Positions 12,151 through 24,850 of a stretch of 64,000 nucleotides of DNA are shown here, one piece after another; the first letter of the stretch is position 1; the number at the start of each line of letters is the position of its first letter. The stretch is from NCBI RefSeq assembly GCF_036321535.1, contig NC_087437.1:72914001-72978000 (forward strand). The letters run 5' to 3'. The notes beneath the pieces were generated by a model, which saw only the letters and a program-made list of their open reading frames with translations, did not search any database and was not told the DNA's origin. The DNA comes from Camelus dromedarius. Taxonomy: Eukaryota. The position numbers and the translations under genes are program-made.

Positions 12151-15100
12151 AGTGTTTTCAGTTTGACAAAACTTGATTTTAACCAACTTCTTTGGGACAA
12201 AGTCAAGATATTCTGACCCAACAGCCTGCGAATCGGCGATTTAATGCTCTAGACTCTTGCTCAGGATCAACAGCAAGCTTGTTCGTCTCTCTATCAGGGT
12301 CACTTTTCTGTCCCTGGAGTGCAGGTGTGTTCAAAGTCATGCATGTTTCCCTCAAACAGATTTCTCTCCCTGGGAGTTTCCTGATTGATCTGCAAGTTTT
12401 TTCTGAATAATCTGGACCTGAAGACCTGAACACACTTGAAGGAGATGTTTTGTCTTATCTCTTAACCTTGCTCCTGCTTCAGTTTCCTCCTAGCAATGCT
12501 TGTTCTATTCTTTCCTTTTTAAAAACCGGTCACTACTAAGAAAAATAGAAGTAAACTCAAAAGCAAAGTGGACATTTTAGATGAAATTGCCCACTGAGGT
12601 GACCCATTTCAGGGAGAAGTACTCTAAGCACAGGTAATCAAGGGTGTCTCTCCTACTAACACCCAGTAGAGCATCTGCACATACTCATTGCCAGGCTCCA
12701 GGAAGCGCCTTCTGAACAGTAAGGATTTTCCCATGACCTTGAAGTTGAAGCCACAGACCTCAGAACTCCCGCAAGCACAGTTTCTAGAAATAAACACGTA
12801 AAACGAGAATTCTCAAAATTCTGAAGTACAGAGGGCTTTGGAATTTTAGAAAGTTCTGTCCTGGAATGGCCCCTGGGGACAGAGGAAGGAAAAGCAGATA
12901 GGATCTAAGAAGAAAAACAAAAAATAAAACTGGAAGTAAGACAAGCTCATATGTAACATGAGGTTAATGTGTAAAGACTAATTCAAACTAAACAATAATA
13001 GCAAATAGATATTGATATAGATCCCTAAAAAAGAGGAGACCATGCATAGAAATATTTCAAAATTTCTCTTCTCTCTGAATAGGCGGAGAACAAAACCAAA
13101 GCTCTAGATATCACCTCACGTGTGCTAAGCACTTGTTCTAAATGGTGCGGAAAGCAGAGAGCGTCATTGCCCTCACCATCGATCAGAAAGACAGACAAAT
13201 CACTGAGCAGGAGCAGACGTGTCATACGTCGTCTGCCAGGATCAGCACTTGGAGCTACGGAAGCTGTAGCAGGAATTCACCTAGTTTAAAGGCGGGTGGG
13301 GAGACCCAGGGAAGGCTGTTTGGCATAAATGGTGTTTACATTGAAACCAAAAAGATAAGCAAGAATTTGCTGCAGTGAAGAGGAGGGTGAAGAGCAATCC
13401 AGATTGAGGAAAATAATGAAAATAAAAACTTAAATTCAATTAATTCTAAAAGCTTGAACTTGAGCTCTTGAACTCAAAGAGCAGTCAGCATTTCTGCGGA
13501 CACATGCAGGTATAGAGCATCTCACCTTTTCCTCCCTCTCACTTTCCATTTTGCAACTGGGGACCACGAGCTGTGAGACTAGATCAAGGTTTGACGCAGT
13601 TGCCAGGAAACTAGCATCCTTTCCAAGACCGGCTATTTAACTGGGAATAATAAGTTTCATGTTTATCTAAGGCCATTTTCAGTAGAAATCTGAACACTTG
13701 CTATCAAGTGCAAAGTCAGTCCTTGCCTATCTCCACATTCTATTATTATCGTCATTTGGATGCTAGGAGCGACTTTTAGCTTTATAGTTTGTCTCTCTCC
13801 TTCAAATCCTCTCACCACCCCTTGGTCCTGGCCTCGGATCCTGTCCCATTCCTGAGATACTAAATCAGTAAACAGAGATTTTGCCTGAGGGAGCTAGAAC
13901 TAAGCCATTCTCTCTTTGTTTGATAAATTCAAAATAGGAGATTGCGACACAGCCCTTTGTCCGGAGTAGCTTGGTGCTATAAGGGGTACTGCCACTGTCT
14001 GCATCCACCACCGCAGACTTCAAACACAAGGGACTGCATTTCTTCTGCACTAAGGGGGGTGTTTGCGCCATTTGAGAAAACCTTGCAAAGCTCTCTTGAT
14101 TCTTTTCTAGATTAAATATAAAAACCCTCAGAACTTCCATGCCTAAGAATTTGAGAGTTGAGAGTGTGGGGAGAAAGAAATGCACCTGCAGAGCAGAAGC
14201 TGAAGAGAATTGCTTTCAACTGAATCATTTTGGGTAAGTTACTGATCATTTTCATCATCACATGAGCCCAGCCCTTTTGTGAGTGTCCACCTTTGAAAGA
14301 TTCAATTGTGATTTGACAAAAATACTTCAAAAGCTAAAGCAAAGCTGCTTAGAAGAATGGGCTCTTGGGAAGAGAGTATTGTTATTGGGGAGTCCTGATA
14401 AAACTCCCAAATTAAGTTCAGTATTGGGGCAAAACATGGGTATTCCAAACTCTTCCTGCCTTAGGAGGGCACTTGATATGCAATTTGTTACAAAACTAGG
14501 AAGAAAAGGGAAAAGATACAAAAGGATGAGAGGCATGTGGGCTGGAGCTGTGGGCAGGAAGCTTTCCTGGGAGTGTCCAAAGAGGCTTGGGTGTGAGAAA
14601 AGCAGATGGAGAGAAGTAAGGAAATGAAAAAGAAGTGATCACCATGATCAATGGATTCCCTTGATCATTCTTCAGAAATAAGTAAAGAAGTTCTATTTTG
14701 AAATTGTTTTAGCAACTAGACTTTTATTTACTTGTGGTATCACTGTCACCAGGCCACAGGATATCAGCTTGAATCATAAAAGCTGAAAAATGACTTGAGA
14801 GCAAATTCCATACATTAAGATGATGACAGAGATAATGCCAGTGGAAGGACTCCAAGTAACTACACAAATGTAAAGGATGATAATCATTTATTCATTGATC
14901 AAGTGAAATCATTCATTTTACTGTATGTTATAGCACTATGCTTGGCCCAGAGCGGGGACCAAGATTCAGTATGCCGTAGGGGACAGAACTTGACTCACAC
15001 TCAATTAATTTACCCACGTGTAAGAACACATACTAGCATCCCTTGTAGATTTGGTCTCTACCTCTGATGCTATTGCTGAGTTGGACCCCACCCTCTTGCC

Positions 15101-15626
15101 GTCAAAGCTACAAGTCTGCCCCGGCCCACTGTGATTTACCTGAAGAATCTCGGTGACATGAGAGTTTGGAGCAACCTGAGTCAGGACTATGAATGTGCTT
15201 TTCCTTCAGTATGATGCTCTTCAATCTGATTCTGAGACACTGTGGCTTTTAGTAATGTGTACTATGAAGCCAACGTGTAAGAACTAACTGTGACAAATAT
15301 CTGACTTACAAATAAACTTTCGGCCCACATCTCATAAACTAGACACACGTCAGAGCCCTTGGCTCATGGCTCCACCTATAAAACCTACAGAATGGACGGG
15401 GCACTAGCCCCTAAACATGGGGCCACACAACCCTGTCCGTCACTGGCCACAGCTGATTGCGCTCCTTGCCCTAAGTATTCCAACATCGGGGATGGCTGCG
15501 GACCTATGTAGCTGAGGCAAAAGATGATCTGAGCCAGAGCTTTTTTAAGCATAGAGACCTTGGGAGCCTGAGAACTTGCAGGGACGTAATCAGGGAAAAC
15601 TGAAACAGAAATGTCATATTGCATAG

Positions 15627-15797
15627 CAGTGGTTCTCAGAGTGTGGTCCCCAGACCAACAGCATCAGTATCACCTAGAAACTTGGTAGTGCTTCCTCAGA
15701 CTTACTGAATCATAAACTCTGGGACTAGGGCTTCATAATCTGAGTTTTAAAAGCTCTTTCAAGTGATTCTGATGCCATTAAAGTTTGAGAACCACTA
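15627..15797. mobile_element. MER5A (hAT-Charlie)
   Basis: cagtggttctcagagtgtggtccc...aagtttgagaaccact. Confidence 0.85.
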
Positions 15798-16299
15798 TTG
15801 GAGGAGTAGCCAAAGAGAGGCTGCATGAGTGGCCTGATGGACACAGTGAATGCAAAGGTGAGTCACTAAGGAACTCCGTGTGAGCAAAAGAGAACTGCAG
15901 AGGGATAAAAGTGGATCTGATGATGGAAGAGAATCGAGGAGAAAGCATGATCTCCATAAACTTCTCAGTTACAGGTTTTGCCCAGGTCTGTCTACAAAAC
16001 TGTCATGTTTTCTTTAGGGAATCAGAATGGATCTTGGGTTTCTTAGGCCCAAACTGGCCTGTCTTGAGTCCTGGGTAGTAAGCAGAGATGCTCTGTACAG
16101 GATATCCTAAGGCCATGGACACCATGGTGAGGGTGGAAGTGCATTTCACACGAGAGCTTGAATTGTCTCAATTTCACTGAAATTGGTCAATTGCAGTGTT
16201 CTAGGAAGGACAACTTCAGCCCTGAAGCTGGGTTGGACCCTGGAATATTTCCCGGAACCCTCAGTATGGCCCAGTGAGGTGGATGTGTAATAGTTATCT

Positions 16300-16700
16300 G
16301 TGTTAGCTGACTAGGGTTCCCGTAATAAAGTACCACAAACTGGGTGGCTTAAACAACAGAAATTTACTGTCTTACAGTTTTGGGGGTCGACTTCTGAAGT
16401 TAAGGAGCTAGCAAAGTTGGCTCCTTCTGAGGGCTGTCCCATCCTTCTCTCCTTGGCTTGTAGGTGACCACTTTCATGTTCACGTGGTGTTTTCTCGGTC
16501 TGGGGGTCTGTGTCTAAATTTCCCCATTCTGTAAGGACACTAGTCACATCAGCTTAGGCCCACCCTGGTAGCCTCATTTTAACTTCATTACTTTTGTTAA
16601 GTCCCTGTCTCCAAATAAGGTCCCATTCAGGGCTACTGTGAGTTTGAACTTCAACATATGAATTGGCGGTGGGTGGGGGGACCTAATTCAGCCCATGACA
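16300..16700 (-). mobile_element. MLT1 (MaLR) LTR
   Basis: aaagtaccacaaactgggtggcttaaacaacagaaattta...aattcagcccatgaca, matching the reverse MLT1B/C consensus. Confidence 0.85.
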
Positions 16701-17804
16701 GTATATCTGTTTTCAAAATGAGAGGCTATGGGACTCCTTCAAGGAAGCAGGTTGGTTGTGAAGGCAGGCGAACTGAGCGCTCTCCCCAAGATTGTGCTGA
16801 CTCCGGCGCTTATAAAACACACTTTGTAGGGCTTGTCAAATGGTCTTGATTTGCCAAAAGCTAGTCTGTTTACCAGGAAAAAGGGAGGGCAGTGATGTAA
16901 AAGAACATGTAACATCTACATTATGGGAAAAACACGTGTTTCACATCTGAAACTAGTTAAAGGATTTAGCACCCATGATTTTTCCCCAGTCGAATAGTGC
17001 CATATATTTCTTTGGAGGGGGATCAGATGAATTCAGCTGATGTGATAGGGCTCCTAATTCTTTTCTGTTGTGTTAAACAGATGGCATCAAACAAAAAGTG
17101 GAGAGTATGACGCATATGGAATTATCACAAGCCAGCATCCTTTAGAAGGAAAAAGAAATACAGCACATAATGGAAGGAAATCTCATAGAGATGAACAGAG
17201 AATGAAAGAACTGTTTCTAGAGATCTGCAACCAAAGTGCCTTTGGCCACTTTGTTCTTCTAAATATTCACATTTGAGAGAAGACTGGTCTGATTTATGAT
17301 ACAGTACTAACTGTCGCTTTGTGAGAAAACAAGAGAAAAGAAATACCATAAACTGAGTCTAAAGTTTAGAGCTGAAGATTAATTTCAAATGATATTCTGC
17401 ATGATTTGCATTGTTTTATAAGAAAAAAAGAACATAAGTCCTTATTTAAGAAATCATGTTGGTTCCGTTTCAGTAATTGACTCCTTATTTGTGCGACGTA
17501 GTGGAGATCTCCTTCACTAGCAGATACAGCTTTCACTCGCAAGCAGCCCTGTCTTCATAGAGGACTCATTTTCTCAGAACTTCTGTGACGAATGCTGCTG
17601 TCTTCTCCCAAAGCCCTTCTGTCTGGGCTTCCCGTATGTCCGCGTGGGACTGACTCTCGGCTTGCCTTTCTGTCGTCTCTTTTTTATGCTGTGTGGTGGC
17701 TCTTCCTCTTTTGGCTCTTAAACTGTGCACACTTTTCCAAATTTTCTTAGCTTGACTATAAGCTTTTTTAGGCTAAGAATCTGTCTTATTTCCTTAGCAA
17801 CATA

Positions 17805-18241
17805 CAAGCATATCTTGTTTACTTATGCTTCACAGATACAATGTGGGTTTTTTTGTTTTTGTTTTGTTTTGTTTTTTTAATAAAATGAAGGTTTGTGGCA
17901 ACCCTGTGTTAAGCAAGTCTCTCAGTGCCATTTTTCCAACATTTGCTCACTTTGGATATCTGTGTCATGTCTGGGGTATTCAAACCCTCCACCAATAAAA
18001 AGATTATAACTTGCTGAAGGCTCAGATGATGGTTAGCATTTTTTAGTAATACAGTATTTTTAAATTAATGTACGTACATTTTTTGGAGACATAACGCATA
18101 CTCTAGGCTACAATATAGTGTAAATGTAACCTTTACATGCACTGGGAAACCAAAAAAACAGAAAAAAAGTCATGTGACTTGTTTCATTGTAATATTCACT
18201 TTATTTTGGTGGTCTGGAACCAAACCCGTAATATCTCCAAG
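17805..18241 (+). mobile_element. Internally deleted Tigger1 derivative
   Basis: 5' part (gaaggtttgtggcaaccctg...agcaagtc) joined directly to the 3' part (gctgaaggctcagatgatggttagca...gtggtctggaacc...aatatctcc) of the recalled Tigger1 consensus. Confidence 0.85.
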
Positions 18242-19895
18242 ACTTAAATGTCTTCAGCCTCTTTGGACAGAATGTATTTCTCTCTTCTTTTCCTGAGAAA
18301 GACCAGGAAGGAGCAAGCACAATAATTACCGCTGGCTCCAGGGCCAGTTGCCAAACCTAAAGGAAACGCATACTGTTAAATTTCCCCACGGCCGAGGCCA
18401 GGTGAAGTTCGTGTGCAACATCCAGGGTGAACCGTGACTACTTTACACTCTTACACTGACCTGGATTCTTCAAGTTCCACATCCAGGTGGATGAATCATT
18501 ACAAATCCCTTCCTTCACATCTTTCAGTTTCTAAGTTAAGTTGCAGTTGATTCAGTATTTTGGTAAAGAAAGAGTCACCCTCAGGAAGGTGGACTTTTGG
18601 GGGATGCTGATGGGAGATCCCCACTGGATCAACCTGGAGGGTGAGACATAACTGTAGGAATGTGCACTCAGATAGGAATTTAATATTTGGCATGTAAAAT
18701 AGATATCAGAGCCTATAAATCAGAGATACTTTGGAAATATGTTACAAGAGTAGAAAGGGACTTCCCATACATTGAAATGTTGTCCTATGGGCCGTACTAA
18801 AGAAAGACTTTGCTTTTCTATCTTCCTTTTCCTGTTTCCTCTCCTCCCCCCCCCCTAGTCCCACTTAATTGACTAACAGAGACTTAGACTAGGACTCTGC
18901 AAAGTTTACATAATAAAGGGGATTCTTGCCCAGATCCATTTGTACTCCAACTGTATAGGTAATTCCCCAGTCCACAATTAAATAACACCAGATCTTCAAG
19001 AACACCGTCTCAAATAGCAGTTCTCAGGATTCCTCATTCTAGTTACTCACAAGCGTCAGCCCAGGAGCTTGCTCTGTGCTGGACACTATGCTTAAAGATC
19101 TCCTGCCTTTGGCATTGCTTTGGGGGAGCTCACTCTCTCTGAAAAAGAGCTAAATGCATTCCAAAACTTGCACCAGCGGCTCTGAGAATTCTGGGCTAAT
19201 TTTACAGCAAAGCAGTGAGGTGTATTTAAACATCTTAATTGAGAAATGAGTGCCCATTTTCATAAACTCAACACAGATTCTGGGCAACAAAGTGTAAACA
19301 TAAATGCAGTTGTAGAAAAATATAAGAATGCTGCTGATTTATACACTAAAGAAAAGCATATTTAAAATAATTATTCTCTGGATAGAACCTCAAGCCAAAA
19401 TTTCATTATATCCCGTTCTATAATTACATTTCTGGGTCATTCTACTCAACTTTCCTTTTTATTTAACCTTCCAAATAAACCAGATTCCATGCACGTGAAT
19501 TGCATGACATTTAAAAAATGTACAATTAGAGGACTATCTGGGAGAGGCTGCCAAAAACCTGGATTAGCTATCGTGGGGAGTTTCCAAAGTCCTCTTCTAA
19601 CATCGTTTCTGCTATCAGAGTGCTTGGGGCTGCATCCAATTCAGATCACACCTTCAGCACCCATACTCTGCATCTTCCCACTCTTCATGACTCACTCAGT
19701 ACATGCCCTTCTATGATTCTCTTCCATGGTTACTCACCTTTTTAATCCATGGAGAGAAACTGTCTCGACTAACTACATTAGACCAGGCTTCTTGAGGTTT
19801 TTTTTCTAAGGGTGTGGACCAGCCAGGCACCTGGCAAAATGATAGGTCAAGTCATCTCCCTTTGATCTGTCTGCTCTTTGCTTTCATTTATAAAT

Positions 19896-19940
19896 GATGA
19901 AGATGATGATGACGACGACGACGACGACGATGATGATGAT
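19896..19940. repeat. Compound (GAT)n(GAC)n(GAT)n trinucleotide repeat
   Basis: gatgaagatgatgatgacgacgacgacgacgacgatgatgatgat. Confidence 0.92.
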
Positions 19941-21122
19941 ATCTACTAATAAGGTTATAAGGAAGTTGACACGTCTGTAAAGTCACCAGAGCAGCGCCCT
20001 GCAATAGTCATTTTTCGATAACTGATACCTATGGTTGTCAACATTATTAGCAATTCTTATGATAAAGCTCTTTTACTGTCTTTAAATCACACATAATACT
20101 ATTAAATATAAATATCTGAATTTGGCTCCCCTGTTTCTGCAACTCATTCCTTGTGGGGTGTCTCTCACATCAGACACAGGTGGAAACCAATGCATTGAAA
20201 GTATTTTCTTGTTTCAGGGCCATCGTGTTTGGTTTCTCAGCAGCACAGAGGCTTGGCAAGCAGGGGACTGAAGCCACACCCGAGCTGTGGAGTTGATAAA
20301 AGAGCTGGATAATGAAAATATTTCTCTTAGGGCTGGGTTTGGCAAGACCCTCTGTTTAAATTAAAAACACCATGATGTTTGGGTCCAGTAAACTGAATGT
20401 TCTTTGCAATAAAGAGAAGTTAACATGATAAAGAATGTGCCAGAGTTAGGATATACACATGACTAGAATTATTTCAGGTCAACTTTATTTCAGCTTTTTG
20501 GGGGGAAGAAAACAGGAAAAAAAAAAAAAAAAACCATGAAAACCAGCCCAAGCCCCGCAGCAGTGCCCTTTCCCAGGACCCTGTGTTTCTTCTCACATTT
20601 CTAGTCCTGGCACTTCTTCAGTCAGCACATCTCGAACCAGATGTGCCAAGACACTGGGTGCTTTCATCTCCAGCATTTTCCTGTCTGATCTCCATCAGTT
20701 TCCTGGACCTAGAGTGTTGATTGGCCCCAGAACTTGTGATCAAACTCATTTGCTTCCTTCTGACTTTATCAATTTCCTAAACCACTAAACCATCCCTGAA
20801 GTGTCACTCGTCAGAGGGTAACTCTGCAGCCTCACAGCATGTTTGGAGAAGCACCCGGTGGGAAATGCATTTCTAGAGCTCAGCAGCCAGATGCCTCTCA
20901 GCGTCTCCCAGAGCCCCCCTGAGAGCTCTGAGAGCGCTCAGAAGGGAGGGAGGGGAGACAGCCAGGAAGGCACTCCCCCAGGCACTGGCTTTCTCTTCTC
21001 TCCTGAGTCTGCAGTCCCTGTGCACTCGGAGAAGCAATGTGCAAAGGGCCTCACCATCAAGGTGCCATCAACAGTTGTTCCTAGACCTTGGCTAAACTGA
21101 GGGGTCACTTTCCTACTGAATA

Positions 21123-22129
21123 CAGTCAGCCCTCCGTATCTGCGGGTTCCTCATTGGAGGATTCAAACAACCCTGGGTCAGAAGCATTCGGAAAAAATTC
21201 CAGAAAGTTTCAAAAAGCAAACTTGAATTTGCCAGGCACCAGTAAGTATTTACATAGTATTTACATTGCAGTAGGTATTGTAAGTAATCTAGAGATGATT
21301 TAAAGTCTACAAGAAGGTGTGCGTACCTTATGTGCAAATACCACACTATTTTATAAAAGGAGCTTGAGCCACCCGAGGGGACCGCATATGCCAGAGGCTT
21401 GTTCCGCATGAAATTTCTGCTGGGGAAGGCCTTTTCTACCTCCCCACTCAAGGATCCTGACCAAGATCTTTCACCCAAGTGTGGACGCCAATGGTAAGAT
21501 CTGTGTCAACGTGCTCAAGAGGGACTGGACAGCTGAGCTGGGAATGTGGCATGTGTTGATGACCATCAAGTGCCTGCTGATCCACCCTAACCCCAAGTCG
21601 CTGCCTGCTCTTGGAGGGCGTTGAGGGGTACCCCTCCAGCTGCGCCTGCACGCAGAGATCCATGGGCTTGCAGGTGGGCTCAGAAGCTGGAGGGCTGAGG
21701 GCCAGCGTGGCTGCAGCCTCCTGCACCCACCCCATGGCCCTTGGGGGCCAGTGAGGGGCCAGGGGTCCCATGGCCAAGAAGCACGCAGGCAAGTGAGGTA
21801 AGAAGCTGGCAGCAAAGGGAAATAAGGACAAGAAGCGGGCCTTGAGGGAGTGTAGTGGGCTCTCATCCATCCCTCCCTCCCTCTCCCACACTCCCCCCAC
21901 CTGACCCCAACTCTGTCTCTAAATTATTTAAATTATGACTGGGGTGGGGAAGGGCACAGGGTTACTGGGACCTGAATGTGTTTTTCTAAATAAATTTGGA
22001 AAAGAAAAAAAAAAAAGGTTATGTGCAAATACCACACCACTGTATCAAAGGAACTTGAGCAGCCTGAAGGACACAATGGATGAAAATATTCCTGGAACCA
22101 ATCTTTCCACGGATACCTAGGGATGACTG
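21123..22129 (-). mobile_element. MER2 (TcMar-Tigger MITE), split by the UBE2S retrocopy into 21123-21369 and 22017-22129
   Basis: Terminal inverted repeats cagtcagccctccgtatctgcgg ... ccacggatacctagggatgactg, TA at the left flank. Internal gtaatctagagatgatttaaag and cctggaaccaatc match the recalled MER2 consensus. Confidence 0.85.
21372..22016 (+). pseudogene. UBE2S: 5'-truncated processed pseudogene of ubiquitin-conjugating enzyme E2 S
   Basis: Translated segments [69 protein letters not shown] and DKKRAL match UBE2S from about residue 50 to the end. TAG at 21853-21855, 3'UTR, AATAAA at 21989-21994, poly(A) at ~22000-22016. No introns; frameshifting deletions near 21450 and 21600. Confidence 0.95.
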
Positions 22130-22312
22130 GATATATAAACTACACTAAACATTATTTTCACTTTTTTTCTCTACTTAGGCCCGTTTGGCTCCTTCTGGCT
22201 ACCCTATCCACTGTTAAGCATAGCTTTTCCACTGAGGAGTGAACAGAGGGTGGATAATCAAATTTCTGACTCAAGAGATGGTGGTGGCAGCATTTGTAAT
22301 GAAACCCTACTG

Positions 22313-22455
22313 GTTTTTGTTTTTGTTTGGTTTTCGTTTTTTAATTTTGTATTGAAGTGTAGTTGATTTACAATGTTAGTTTCAGGTGTACAGCAATGTG
22401 ATTCAGTTATACATATACACACACATATATGCATTTTCTTTTTAGATTCTTTTCC
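22313..22455 (-). mobile_element. Short, relatively young L1 3' end
   Basis: T-rich tail then attgaagtgtagttgatttacaatgttagtttcaggtgtacagc, typical of artiodactyl L1 3' ends. 14-bp TSD atgaaaccctactg (22299-22312) / atgaaacgctactg (22456-22469). Confidence 0.85.
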
Positions 22456-22954
22456 ATGAAACGCTACTGTTGTAGGATATTAGGGATAAAGCTAAAGATC
22501 CAACAAGACCTGGCCTGATATTAAACCTGTTCTGCAATAAATCTCAGTAACTTACTAACAACAAGCAGAAACCCTTTGCTTTGCTAATTTTCTGATAAGG
22601 AAAGCAGCTAGGTTTATTTATTTACGCAACAAAGGTTTATTAAGCAGGCACTCTGCCAGGCAAGAGATATATAAAGGCATAAAAATAATAAGCTCTTGTC
22701 TCTGACTGAAGGAGAAATTCAGGTAAACAGTTCATGATAATCCAATGGTACATAAGATCTTCGAAGTGCAGCAGAAAACATCAGGGTGCAGAAACACATT
22801 TTGCAAAGATACCAGGAGTCAAGAAAAACCCTATCTAAAATCCAGCTTTCTAGAAAGGCTGATTTTATCAGTCCTCGAGGGACCCTCAAGTACATACTGG
22901 GACCCGTATGCACAGAACCCTGGGCTGTCCTCGTGTGCATTTGGGTCACACTGT

Positions 22955-23145
22955 GGAGCTCATACTTTAATGTGCATGGAAGGCACCTGGGAAACTTGAT
23001 AAAAATGAGATTCCTGAGTTCCCACGCCAAGAATTTCTGATTATGTTGGTTTGGAGCAGAGCCTGGGGCACCGTTAATTTTATTTAACAAGATTTGCTGG
23101 TGTTTGGGCTAAAAGTAGTTCTCGGACTATACTGAGAATAACACT
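22955..23145. mobile_element. MER5-family element
   Basis: cacctgggaaacttgataaaaatgagattcctg...tttaacaag...tgagaataacactg. Confidence 0.6.
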
Positions 23146-24404
23146 GTCAGAGCATTGAACTTCCTGCTGTCTTCTTATATCAAGGACTCATCTCGGACCT
23201 TTACAAATTTAAGTCTTGTAGTGAAAAAAAAATAGCTTCTTACCTGTTTACTGCATTGTTTGCTTCTATGCTTAAACCCAGGAAAAATATGCTGGGAATC
23301 AGAAGCATTTGGTTTGCATGAGTGGGATGAAGAGAGGAGGGCTCCTTGGCCTCATCCAAGAGCTCTCATCTCTCTGCATTCCTCATACACCCCACCCCCC
23401 TCCAGGGGAGCAGACCTGTGGGGCTGTGGAGGGAGTGTGTGGGGAGGGGCTCTGGGAGGTGTTTCATTTATGAAATCCTGTCTTTCCCTGAAGTATGTGT
23501 ATATACAAGGCAAATAGTTCTCAGGGTAGAGGTAAGCCCTTTGATGAAGAAAGCTACCCTGGATGTTCTCTGGAGGGAACTTTTACCTGTGAATTTGAAC
23601 CAAGAAAAATGCTAACTTAAATGAAAAAGAGATGTTAGACTTGGCTGGGTTCCTGGCACAAACTTTATAAGAAGCATGTCATTCCCAGTGTCGAGCTAGG
23701 ACCAGGCTGATCTAATCGCCCATCAGCCCACAGAACAGACAGCAGACGGAGCTCTAAAAAGCTTTCCAGCTTTGAGGTTAACCCACCGACACAGACACCT
23801 GCATTCTTCATCACTTATATGCTACACCCTTTCATGGGTTTACTCTTCTACCTCTTTTCTTCCTTCTAATCCTTCTCTTTTCCCCTCCCTCCCTTAAAAA
23901 AAAAAACTTTCTTTTACTATAAAGATAATTTATTTTTAAAAAAATCTATCAGAAGTATTGAATTAAATCCTTTTGAAAATACAACTTGTAGAAATTTCCA
24001 GTATCATATTGGAAAAGACTTTCTTCTGACCAGGGTCTCCTTTTAATAATAATAATAATAAATAATTAATAAGTAATAATAATGTAGATTTTGAGCCTTT
24101 TAAAGTATATTTATTGTTCTTGGCAATGTGAATAGTTCAAATAAGAGAGAAGTACTGAATTCTTGTGATGATGGTGGCCTTTGTTAGTAGAGCATTTATC
24201 TTTTTTCAGGGATGAGGGTATCTGATACCAAATTCAAAGGGTCATTTGTTAAAATGCACAAAGTTAAAAAAAAACACTTAACATGAAAGAAAAATTATCT
24301 TTATAAAAAAGATGGCTAATCATTATGTTTGAGGCAGGTAAAACCAAATTCAAGGATGACTTTTGGGATTAGGAGATGTTTTCTGAGGAGAAACGTTTCC
24401 TTTC

Positions 24405-24850
24405 TGTTATGAACTGAATTATATTCCCCCAAAGGTGTTGAATTCCCAGCACCTGTGGTGTAGGTGATTATTTGGAAATAGGTTCTTTGCAGATGGTCAA
24501 GTTAAGATGAGGTTATTAAGGTGTACCCTAATCCAGTGTGACTGATGTCACTATAAAAGGGGGCCTGTGGACACAGAGACAGACATGCACCTGGGGAGAA
24601 TGCCATGGGAAGACGAGGAAGAAATCAGGATGATGCACCGTAGGCCAAGGAACACGAAAGATTAGCAGCAAACCCCTGGAAGCCAAGGAGATAGGCATGG
24701 AAAAGATTCTTCCTCAACCCTCAGAAGGAACCAATCTGCCTAAACCTTGATCTTGAAAATCTAGCCTCCAGAAATGTGAGACAAAATTTCTGTTGTTTAA
24801 GCCACCCAGTCTGTGATCCTTGGTTACAGTAGCCATAACAAACGGATACA
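24405..24850 (+). mobile_element. MLT1C-like LTR
   Basis: tgttatgaactgaatt...aaatttctgttgtttaagccacccagt...taca, with TG...CA ends. Confidence 0.85.

Noticed and set aside
19896..19940. Poly-Asp coding exon
   Set aside because: Surrounded by stop codons with no splice context; it is a microsatellite.
21448..21900. 150-aa and 131-aa minus-strand ORFs
   Set aside because: They are the antisense shadow of the GC-rich UBE2S pseudogene.
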